Of a stretch of DNA of 33,442 nucleotides, positions 7,703 through 15,111 are shown piece by piece (the stretch's first letter is position 1; each line of letters begins with the position of its first letter). The notes under the pieces are model-generated. The model was not told where the DNA came from. It was given only the letters and a program-made list of their open reading frames with translations, and ran no database searches. The position numbers and the translations under genes were made by a program. The DNA is from an uncultured Eubacteriales bacterium (GTDB lineage: Bacteria; Bacillota; Clostridia; Oscillospirales; Acutalibacteraceae): contig CAKTXU010000001.1 in assembly GCA_934630995.1 (NCBI GenBank), forward strand, positions 1 to 33,442. Reading direction: 5' to 3'.

Positions 7703-8575
7703 ATGAAAATAGCCGTCAGTACATACAGCTTTCAAAGCCTGATTCAAGCGGGTGAAACCAATCAGCTCGAGTGTCTCCGTCTGGCCAAGGATATGGGCTT
7801 CGAGGGGGTGGAAATAGCGGGGTTGTATCCGCATGACGGCTCCGGCTTGGAGGAGTATGCGGGACGGATCGCCTCCCAGTGTGAGGCGCTGGATTTGCCT
7901 GTGATCAATTACACCATTGCCGCCGATTTTTTATCCGGATCGGGCGGCAGCCTGGACGCAGAGGTGGAAAGGCTGAAAGGGGAAGTGGAAATTGCCCGCA
8001 TTCTAGGAGCCGCGGGAATGCGACACGACGCCGCCTGGGGATTCCCCGCGGGGAACCGGAGTCAGCGCGGATTTCAAAACATACTCCCCACCCTGCTTGA
8101 CGGCTGCCGGCGGGTGACGGAATATGCCGCCGCCAGGGGTATCAAAACCATGGTGGAGAATCACGGCACCTTCTGCCAGGACAGTGACAGGATGGAACAG
8201 CTTGTCAACGGGGTGGCCCATCCCAATTTCGGCCTCCTGGTGGATATGGGAAATTTCCTTTGTGCCGACGAAGCGCCGGAAAAGGCGGTGGGCCGCCTGG
8301 CTCCCTATGCGTTTTATGTGCATGCCAAGGATTTCCTGCTTAAAAGCGGCGCGGCATTTTCACCCGGCTCCGGCTTTTTCCGTACCCGTGCCGGGAATTA
8401 TCTGCGCGGCACCGTCATAGGCCACGGCGTGGTGCCGGTGCCGCAGTGTCTGTCCATTCTGAAATCCGTCGGCTACGACGGCTTCATAGGGGTGGAGTTT
8501 GAGGGGATGGAGCCCCCCGGGATGGCCGTCGAATACGGCCTCCAGAATCTCCGCCGCTTTCTCGATATCCTCTGA
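7703..8575 (+). CDS. Sugar phosphate isomerase/epimerase (xylose-isomerase-like TIM barrel)
   Basis: The ATG at 7703 is preceded by AAAGGAGAA. MKIAVSTYSF..., GFEGVEI, VENHG, LVDMGNF and GYDGFIGVEFEG fit the AP-endonuclease 2 / xylose isomerase-like TIM-barrel family. Confidence 0.88.
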   Translation: MKIAVSTYSFQSLIQAGETNQLECLRLAKDMGFEGVEIAGLYPHDGSGLEEYAGRIASQCEALDLPVINYTIAADFLSGSGGSLDAEVERLKGEVEIARILGAAGMRHDAAWGFPAGNRSQRGFQNILPTLLDGCRRVTEYAAARGIKTMVENHGTFCQDSDRMEQLVNGVAHPNFGLLVDMGNFLCADEAPEKAVGRLAPYAFYVHAKDFLLKSGAAFSPGSGFFRTRAGNYLRGTVIGHGVVPVPQCLSILKSVGYDGFIGVEFEGMEPPGMAVEYGLQNLRRFLDIL

Positions 8576-8599
8576 TGACAGGCCCCCGCTCTCTCCAAG

Positions 8600-8625
8600 G
8601 CCGCCGGAAACTCCGGCGGCTTTTT
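8600..8625 (+). terminator. Rho-independent terminator
   Basis: gccgccgga (8600-8608) pairs with tccggcggc (8612-8620) around a 3-nt loop, followed by TTTTT (8621-8625). It lies 25 nt after the stop at 8575. Confidence 0.8.
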
Positions 8626-8679
8626 CGCCTGTAAACTGAGGAACCATGCCGGTCGGGGCCACGGCCTTTAAAGCCCCTG

Positions 8680-8726
8680 AAAAACCACCTGTGAGCCATG
8701 CTGTATGGCCCGCAGGTGGTTTTTTG
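8680..8726 (+). terminator. Second terminator-like hairpin
   Basis: aaaaaccacctg (8680-8691) pairs with caggtggttttt (8713-8724). An inner stem gccat/atggc is present and the hairpin ends in a T-tract. Confidence 0.55.
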
Positions 8727-8823
8727 CTGTATATCCTTTCCTTGTGTTGTCTGGCTAAAATCTCAAAATATGTATGGAAAAAGCCGGATAATTGAAATGA
8801 GTCGATTTTTATCGAGTAATATG

Positions 8824-8852
8824 TTGACGAAAACATAATAAAATGATAAACT
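8824..8852 (+). promoter_or_regulatory. Putative sigma70 promoter of the polysaccharide locus
   Basis: TTGACG (8824-8829), a 17-nt spacer, then TAAACT (8847-8852), inside a markedly AT-rich region about 70 nt upstream of the GTG at 8925. Confidence 0.5.
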
Positions 8853-8924
8853 GTACCCTGCAAAACATGCTGATATTGTTTTTGTATATCGAGTGCTTCC
8901 AGAAATTCGGACAGGAGAGGGACC

Positions 8925-10415
8925 GTGACAGCGAAGAAGATCCAGAGAGATATGACTGTTGATGAAGCGATAGGCGAATGGCTGCTGATGTGCAATGACC
9001 ACTACGACGACAGGACGCTGCGCATCTACGGTCAGGCTGCTGAGCTGATCCAATCGTATATCGGCAATATTTTTTTGAATGAGCTCAATGACGAGATTCT
9101 CAGTCAATATTTTGATAAACTGCATCATCTCACTATCGGCGACACCGGCGTCAAAAACGTATATACCGTGCTCAACGGTGCCTGCAAATACGCCGTGTCT
9201 CAGGGCTTTCTTCCCGTTAACCCGCTGACAGCCTTCCGGCGTAAGGACTTGCTGCAGCTCGGTGAGCGCAAAGAGCGCCGCAGGAAGGAGGAGTTCTTCC
9301 TCAGCCATGAACAGGCCGCCGGGGCCGAAAGACTGTTCCTCAGTATGGCCGACCCGGAGAACACCGCCCTGTATCTCTGTCTCAAGCTGGGCTTCACCCT
9401 GAAAATCATCTCCGCTCTTCGCTGGGGGGATATCGACCTGTCAAAAGCGCGGGTCACGGTGTCCCGCAGCATCGTGCGGGCGGAGAGCAGGAACGCCAAA
9501 GGCGCCGAACGGTTTTCCATGCAGGACATCACGCCTTACACGGCGCCGATTCCCCGGGACGTTTTAACCCGCATTGAGGAACGGGCGGGGCTGTATCCCT
9601 CCGGCAGCTGTTATGTCGCAACCGGCACGGAGGAGTATGCAGCTGCCTTCAACCGGCTGCAGGTACTGCTCCGGTCCTACAACCAGCGGCACAATATCGC
9701 GCCGACCCTGACGGTGGAAACCCTCAGCAGCTTCTATGTGCGCCGGTGTCTGGAATGCGGGATTTCAGCGGAAACGGTGTGCGCCTGGACGGGACGGCGT
9801 TTCCCCAATCAACTCAAAGCGCGGTTTGCGGATTTCATCCCCGACGATGTCGAATTGGCGAACCACCTGCTGGGGCCTGTATATGAATTTATTCCTGCCG
9901 ATACGGTGCGCCGGATGAATCTGCTGATACTGGGGGCGGGCGACCACGGCCACGCGGTGCTGGAGACGGCGCAGGCCAAGGAGATATTCGACAGCATCCG
10001 TTTTCTGGATGACGACCCGCGGAAAACGGAGGCCATCGGCGCGTGTGCGGATTACCGGCAGTATTTGAACGAATACCCGATGGCGTTTCCGGCGTTCGGG
10101 GACAACGAGCTGCGGCGGGAATGGCTGACGCTGCTGGAGGAGGCGGGGTATATCGTGCCGAACCTGATAAGCCCGTCGGCCTATATCAGCCCGTCGGTGA
10201 GCATAGGAGGGGCGTCGATAATCGAGGCGCGTGCGACCGTGGGAACGGGCGTCCACATCGGGCGGGGGGCTATTGTTTCCTCGAATGTGACGCTGGATGT
10301 CGGCGCGGTGGTGGGGGACATGTGCTATATCGCGCCGGGCCTCACCATCCCCAAACGCTGTGTCCTTCCCCACGGCGCCCACGTGGATGCGGAATCCATT
10401 CCTCAGTTTATTTGA
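8925..10415 (+). CDS. Fusion protein: N-terminal tyrosine-recombinase-like fold (SAM-like core-binding plus degenerate catalytic domain, about aa 10-305) joined to a C-terminal NeuD/PglD-like Rossmann plus hexapeptide domain (about aa 330-496)
   Basis: GTG start preceded by GGAGAGGG. The N-terminal part matches integrase patterns (TLRIYGQAAELI..., NVYTVLNGACKYAVSQGFLPVNP, ALRWGDIDL). The C-terminal part (MNLLILGAGDHGHAVLE..., FGDNELRRE..., hexapeptide turns) aligns by eye with the stand-alone acetyltransferase at 12347..12943. No stop codon separates the two parts. Confidence 0.8.
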   Translation: MTAKKIQRDMTVDEAIGEWLLMCNDHYDDRTLRIYGQAAELIQSYIGNIFLNELNDEILSQYFDKLHHLTIGDTGVKNVYTVLNGACKYAVSQGFLPVNPLTAFRRKDLLQLGERKERRRKEEFFLSHEQAAGAERLFLSMADPENTALYLCLKLGFTLKIISALRWGDIDLSKARVTVSRSIVRAESRNAKGAERFSMQDITPYTAPIPRDVLTRIEERAGLYPSGSCYVATGTEEYAAAFNRLQVLLRSYNQRHNIAPTLTVETLSSFYVRRCLECGISAETVCAWTGRRFPNQLKARFADFIPDDVELANHLLGPVYEFIPADTVRRMNLLILGAGDHGHAVLETAQAKEIFDSIRFLDDDPRKTEAIGACADYRQYLNEYPMAFPAFGDNELRREWLTLLEEAGYIVPNLISPSAYISPSVSIGGASIIEARATVGTGVHIGRGAIVSSNVTLDVGAVVGDMCYIAPGLTIPKRCVLPHGAHVDAESIPQFI

Positions 10416-10491
10416 TGGAATATGGAGAGCTTCGTCTGATAAATGGATTTGCCCATAAGGTAATAAACCTGCGAAAACTTAGAGGTACGAA

Positions 10492-11685
10492 ATGAAATTG
10501 AGAGCGTTTGAGAAAAGACTATATCTGTCCTCACCGACGATGCATGGGGATGAACTTATCTATATGACAGAGGCGTATAAGACAAACTGGATGTCCACGA
10601 TAGGGGCGAATATTGATGAGGTGGAACGGTTTGTTGGTGAGAAGTTGGGAGGCCAATATGCCCTCGCGCTCTCCTGTGGCACTGCTGCTTTGCACCTTGC
10701 GGTGAAACTCGCAGGAGTAAAGCCGGGGGACTACGTTTTTTGTTCTGATATGACCTTCGCGGCCACGGTAAATCCTGTCGTTTATGAGGGCGGCATACCT
10801 ATTTTTATCGATACTGAACGAGATACGTGGAATATGGATCCGGTGGCGTTGAAGAAAGCGTTTGTCCTCTATCCCCACGCAAAAGTCGTTATTGCAGCCA
10901 ACCTGTATGGAACACCCGCTAAACTCGACGTGATAAAAGCTGTTTGCGACGAATTCGGCGCCGTCTTGATTGAGGACGCCGCCGAATCTCTAGGAGCCAT
11001 CTTCAAAGGGAAACAAACCGGTACTTTCGGCAAGTACAACGCCATTTCCTTTAATGGAAACAAAATCATCACCGGCTCTGCCGGCGGTATGCTTTTGACC
11101 GATGATAGAGAGGCGGCCGACCATGCCCGCAAAATTTCAACGCAAGCAAGAGACGCCGCCCCTTGGTATCAACACAGTGAAATCGGCCATAATTACCGCA
11201 TGTCAAACGTGACCGCGGGAGTTGTAAGAGGACAGTTGCCCCATCTGGAAGAGCATATTGCGCAGAAGAAAGCGATTTATGAAAGATACAGGGAGGGCTT
11301 CAGGAATCTTCCGGTTATCATGAATCCCTTCGATGCCGAAAACGCCGAGCCGAATTACTGGCTGTCTTGTCTACTTATCGGCAAAGAAGCCATGTGTGAG
11401 CAGCGCAGAACGCATTGCCAGGCAAGCTATGAACCGGAACAAGGGAAATCCTGTCCTGCGGAAATTCTCGAAGCACTGGATAAGCAGAATGCGGAGGGCC
11501 GCCCTATTTGGAAGCCCATGCATATGCAGCCAGTTTATAAAGATAACATTTTCATCCCTGCAAATACCGGCGATGATGTCGGCGCGGATATTTTCAATCG
11601 CGGTCTGTGTCTGCCGAGCGATATCAAAATGACGCCTGAAGAGCAGGATATCGTCATGGAGGTCGTCAAATCCTGCTTTGAGTAA
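10492..11685 (+). CDS. DegT/DnrJ/EryC1/StrS family PLP-dependent sugar aminotransferase (PglE/EpsN-like)
   Basis: YLSSPTMHGDE..., ALSCGTAALHLA, IEDAAESLGA, SFNGNKIITGSAGGMLL (PLP lysine) and HNYRMSNV are present. AGAGGT RBS. Confidence 0.93.
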   Translation: MKLRAFEKRLYLSSPTMHGDELIYMTEAYKTNWMSTIGANIDEVERFVGEKLGGQYALALSCGTAALHLAVKLAGVKPGDYVFCSDMTFAATVNPVVYEGGIPIFIDTERDTWNMDPVALKKAFVLYPHAKVVIAANLYGTPAKLDVIKAVCDEFGAVLIEDAAESLGAIFKGKQTGTFGKYNAISFNGNKIITGSAGGMLLTDDREAADHARKISTQARDAAPWYQHSEIGHNYRMSNVTAGVVRGQLPHLEEHIAQKKAIYERYREGFRNLPVIMNPFDAENAEPNYWLSCLLIGKEAMCEQRRTHCQASYEPEQGKSCPAEILEALDKQNAEGRPIWKPMHMQPVYKDNIFIPANTGDDVGADIFNRGLCLPSDIKMTPEEQDIVMEVVKSCFE

Positions 11686-11705
11686 ATACATAAGTTGGAG
11701 ATAGT

Positions 11706-12350
11706 ATGTACGCAAAATTTTTTAAAAGATTTATCGATTTTTGGCTGTCGTTGACGGCACTCATCGTGCTGTTGCCGCTGCTGTTATTTCTGATAATAGC
11801 CGGAGCAATCGCCATGCGCGGCAACCCGTTCTTTGTGCAGCCAAGACCGGGTAAGAAGGGAAAAGACGGCCGGGAAAAGATATTTTGTCTGATCAAATTC
11901 CGCACCATGAGCAATAAGAGGCGTCCGGATGGAGGTCTCCTGCCGGATGAGCAAAGGCTTACATCATACGGCAGAATGCTGCGGAACACATCGCTCGACG
12001 AGCTTCCCGAACTGTGGAACATCCTAAGGGGAGATATGGCTTTGGTCGGTCCCAGGCCGCTGTTGGTCCAATATTTGCCCTTGTATTCGGAAGAACAGCG
12101 CCGCCGCCACGATATCCGCCCCGGCCTCACCGGCTATGCACAGGTGCATGGACGCAATACGCTTTCCTGGGATGAGAGATTCCGACTGGATGTCGCCTAT
12201 ATAGAGAAAATCTCTTTACGCGGTGATATGAGAATTCTTTTTGATACGATCAGAATCGTGCTGAAACGAGAGGGTATCTCTTCCGATGTTTCGGCGACGA
12301 TGGAAGTATTTCAGGGAGCACCTGTGAACAGTGAGGAAATCCACGTATGA
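11706..12350 (+). CDS. Small initiating phosphoglycosyl transferase ('bacterial sugar transferase', PglC/EpsL-like)
   Basis: FKRFIDFWLSLTALIVLLPLLL..., FVQPRPGKKGK.F.LIKFRTM, LDELPELWNILRGDMALVGPRPLL and KPGLTGYAQV-type motifs. GGAG RBS. Confidence 0.93.
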   Translation: MYAKFFKRFIDFWLSLTALIVLLPLLLFLIIAGAIAMRGNPFFVQPRPGKKGKDGREKIFCLIKFRTMSNKRRPDGGLLPDEQRLTSYGRMLRNTSLDELPELWNILRGDMALVGPRPLLVQYLPLYSEEQRRRHDIRPGLTGYAQVHGRNTLSWDERFRLDVAYIEKISLRGDMRILFDTIRIVLKREGISSDVSATMEVFQGAPVNSEEIHV

Positions 12351-12943
12351 ATAGGCGGCGGTTGATCATTATAGGCGCCGGCGGCCATGGCAGGGTCATG
12401 GAAGATGTCGCAGGATTGTCAGGTTACACCGATATAGCCTTCCTCGACGATAAACTACCCGTGCTCGGAAAGGTAAAGGATTTTGTCCGCTATGTGACTG
12501 CTTCAGACTTTTTTGTGGCGATTGGGGACAATGCCGTTCGTGAACGAATTTTCACGGAGTTATCCGAACATCATGCAACGATAGTGAAGTTGCTTCATCC
12601 CAAAGCTGTGATTGCGGATGGTGTCACCATAGGCGCCGGCACGGCAGTCATGGCGGGTGCCGTCATCAATCCCGGAGTCCGAGTAGGCGACGGGGTGATT
12701 GTCAATACCTGCAGCTCCATCGATCATGACTGCACCATCGAGGCGTTCACCCACATCTCCGTCGGAGCGCATCTTGCAGGGACTGTTCATACAGGCAGGC
12801 GTACTTTCGTGGGAATGGGTGCCAACATCATCCATCAAGTGACCATATGCGCTGATTGCGTGATAGGAGCTGGAACAGCCGTGGTGAAGGATATCGATGA
12901 ACGCGGCACATATGTCGGAGTGCCCGCCAAACGGATAGATTAG
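12347..12943 (+). CDS. NeuD/PglD/EpsM-type sugar N-acetyltransferase (left-handed beta-helix)
   Basis: ATGA overlap with the upstream gene. RLIIIGAGGHGRVMEDVA, AIGDNAVRERI, SSIDHDCTIEAFTHISVGAHLAG and the terminal YVGVPAKRID closely resemble PglD-type enzymes, including the catalytic His context. Confidence 0.9.
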   Translation: MNRRRLIIIGAGGHGRVMEDVAGLSGYTDIAFLDDKLPVLGKVKDFVRYVTASDFFVAIGDNAVRERIFTELSEHHATIVKLLHPKAVIADGVTIGAGTAVMAGAVINPGVRVGDGVIVNTCSSIDHDCTIEAFTHISVGAHLAGTVHTGRRTFVGMGANIIHQVTICADCVIGAGTAVVKDIDERGTYVGVPAKRID

Positions 12944-12987
12944 GAATATAAGCCGCCTCATACTCGTTCCATACATAGGAGGACGTT

Positions 12988-14265
12988 TTGAAAATTGCCA
13001 TCATTGCGCAATATCTGGGAGATATTGCGCATCCCGAAACCTTCAACAGCCGGTTTCTGACCCTGGCGGACATGCTTACCGCACGGCAGCACAGCGTGGA
13101 AATTATCACAAGCGATTTTATTCACAGCATAAAACGGCATGTTTTCGATGTATCCACCTATAAAGAGTGTAAACTGACAACGCTGCATGAGCCCGGCTAT
13201 GCAAAAAATATTTGTATGAAACGGTTTTTTAGCCATTATATCCTTTCCAGAAATCTGCGAAAGCGGCTGAAGCAAACGGAAAAGCCGGATGTCATCTATT
13301 GCGCCGTCCCCTCCCTGGATTTTGCATTCGAAGCGGCAAAATTCGCACGGAAACATCGCATTCCTTTAATTATCGATATACAGGATTTATGGCCGGAAGC
13401 CTTTGAGATGGTGGCTAAAATTCCCGTGGCCGGAAAAATGATGTTTTATCCCTTCCGGCGGCGGGCCAATGCCGTATACGCGGCGGCGGACGAAATCATA
13501 GCGGTTTCTGAGACATATGCACGGCGGGCTTTGCAGGTGAATAAAAAATGTGAAAAAGCGGGTGTCGTGTTTCTGGGAACAGAATTATCGAAGTTTGACC
13601 GATTTAAAACCACGGTATCTCCTATTCATAAACCCGCGGAAGAAATCTGGCTGGGCTATGCCGGGACACTCGGGCACAGCTATGATTTAAAGACGGTTTT
13701 TAACTGTCTTAGCCGGTTAAAGGACAAACCTTTTTACAAACGGCTGAAACTGGTCGTTATCGGTGACGGACCTCTGCGGCGGGAGTTAGAGGACTACGCG
13801 AACGTACTCGCGTTAAATGTCCTGTTTACGGGAATGCTGCCTTACGAACAGATGGTGTCCGTGCTCTGCAGGTGTGATGTGGCGGTCAATCCTATCAAAA
13901 AGAATTCTGCTGCTTCTATTATCAACAAACACGCTGATTACGCCGGCGCAGGGCTCCCGGTATTGAACAGCCAGGAAAATGTCGAGTACAGAAACCTGAT
14001 TGACGAGTATGATATGGGGTTGAGCTGCACATGTGAATGTGCCAAAGATATGGCTGAAAAGCTGACGGTCCTTATCAGCAGCCGTGAAATGAGATTGCGA
14101 ATGGGCGTGCGGGCAAGAAAATGCGCGGAAGAGAAGTTCGACAGAAAAAACACCTACAGCTTGATTGTCGAAACAATTGAAAAATTTAACCAAGAGGGAA
14201 AGAGACGTATTGGCAACGATAAAAGAACATCAGCAGGTTTTGCTGGAGCTCTTAACGGAGTTTGA
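12988..14265 (+). CDS. Glycosyltransferase, GT4 (GT-B, group 1)
   Basis: TTG start 4 nt after AGGAGGA. MKIAIIAQYLG..., GTLGHSYDL, VIGDGPLR... and the NPIKKNSAASIINKHADYAGAGLPVL (E/N-x7-E-like) region. The last ~33 codons overlap the next gene. Confidence 0.85.
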   Translation: MKIAIIAQYLGDIAHPETFNSRFLTLADMLTARQHSVEIITSDFIHSIKRHVFDVSTYKECKLTTLHEPGYAKNICMKRFFSHYILSRNLRKRLKQTEKPDVIYCAVPSLDFAFEAAKFARKHRIPLIIDIQDLWPEAFEMVAKIPVAGKMMFYPFRRRANAVYAAADEIIAVSETYARRALQVNKKCEKAGVVFLGTELSKFDRFKTTVSPIHKPAEEIWLGYAGTLGHSYDLKTVFNCLSRLKDKPFYKRLKLVVIGDGPLRRELEDYANVLALNVLFTGMLPYEQMVSVLCRCDVAVNPIKKNSAASIINKHADYAGAGLPVLNSQENVEYRNLIDEYDMGLSCTCECAKDMAEKLTVLISSREMRLRMGVRARKCAEEKFDRKNTYSLIVETIEKFNQEGKRRIGNDKRTSAGFAGALNGV

Positions 14266-15058
14266 CAGAGTCTGTAAAAAGCACGACATTCCCTATATGC
14301 TGTTTGCCGGAAGCGCTTTGGGTGCCGTTAGGCATCAGGGCTTTATTCCATGGGATGACGATTTGGATATCGTTATGCTGCGGCCTGCTTACAATCGCTT
14401 TCTTGCGGTGGCGTCGGATGAGTTATCTGCGAACAAGTATTTTGTTCAGGCGGAGTTCTCTTCCCATTGGCCGATGTACTTTTCAAAATTACGAAAAAAC
14501 CATACCGCCTGTCTTGAAAAGTATCATCCGAAGGACAGTGAGACACATCAGGGAATATATATCGACATCTTTCCCTGCGACAATGCGTCCGAATGCGCAT
14601 TTATCAGGAGGCTGCAATATTATTGCTCCCGGATTGTCATTGCGAAATCCATGCTGAAGCGCGGGTATGATACAAACAGTCATTTCAAAAAGCTGGCGGT
14701 ATCCGTATCCCGGTTTTTTCCTATGAACCCTTTTTACAACATAGTGGTAAGGCGCACAAAGAAGGATTCCGAGCTGGTGCATACGTTTTTCGGCGGTACC
14801 TCCCGATACCAAAAAGGCGTGTATCCGAGGGCCTGGTTTGAGGATGTGAAGGAAACCCGCTTTGAGAACTTAACGGTTCCCATTTCCGCCCATTATGACC
14901 TGTTATTGCGCACCTTGTATGGAGACTATATGACCATTCCGCCGGAGGAAGATCGAACGGTCCATGCCATTCTGGTGGATACGGAGCGTTCCTATACGGC
15001 ATACGCGCATTACCGCGACGATATGGAATTTGAAGTGTATACGAGAAGCATACGTTAA
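14165..15058 (+). CDS. licD: LicD family phosphotransferase (cholinephosphotransferase / polyol-phosphate transferase family)
   Basis: LLELLTEFDRVCKKHDIPYMLFAGSALGAVRHQGFIPWDDDLDIVM, IDIFPCD and LYGDYMTIPPEE are the LicD signature. The start is uncertain: TTG at 14165 or TTG at 14210, with no upstream ATG. Confidence 0.88.
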   Translation: MSKQLKNLTKRERDVLATIKEHQQVLLELLTEFDRVCKKHDIPYMLFAGSALGAVRHQGFIPWDDDLDIVMLRPAYNRFLAVASDELSANKYFVQAEFSSHWPMYFSKLRKNHTACLEKYHPKDSETHQGIYIDIFPCDNASECAFIRRLQYYCSRIVIAKSMLKRGYDTNSHFKKLAVSVSRFFPMNPFYNIVVRRTKKDSELVHTFFGGTSRYQKGVYPRAWFEDVKETRFENLTVPISAHYDLLLRTLYGDYMTIPPEEDRTVHAILVDTERSYTAYAHYRDDMEFEVYTRSIR

Positions 15059-15111
15059 CAAGGAAGTAATGCCGAAAGGCTTACTATAATACGCTTAAAG
15101 GAGAGGAACCC

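Noticed and set aside
8640-8925. Invertible (phase-variable) promoter controlled by the recombinase-like gene
   Set aside because: I looked for inverted repeats bracketing the promoter region and found only trivial ones (8 nt or less). The adjacent recombinase-like domain appears to lack all catalytic residues. There is no support for DNA inversion.
8925-9840. Integrase as a marker of a prophage or integrative element boundary
   Set aside because: There is no tRNA, no att-like direct repeats, and no excisionase, transposase or phage genes nearby. The gene is in frame with, and co-oriented to, a biosynthetic operon.
9765-10382. 205-aa minus-strand ORF
   Set aside because: It is antisense to the NeuD-like half of the fusion gene and has an Arg-rich shadow-frame composition.
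15055-15090. Internal promoter for the surface-protein gene (TTAACA ... TATAAT)
   Set aside because: The two hexamers are separated by 24 nt, which is too far for a sigma70 promoter. TATAAT alone is insufficient evidence.
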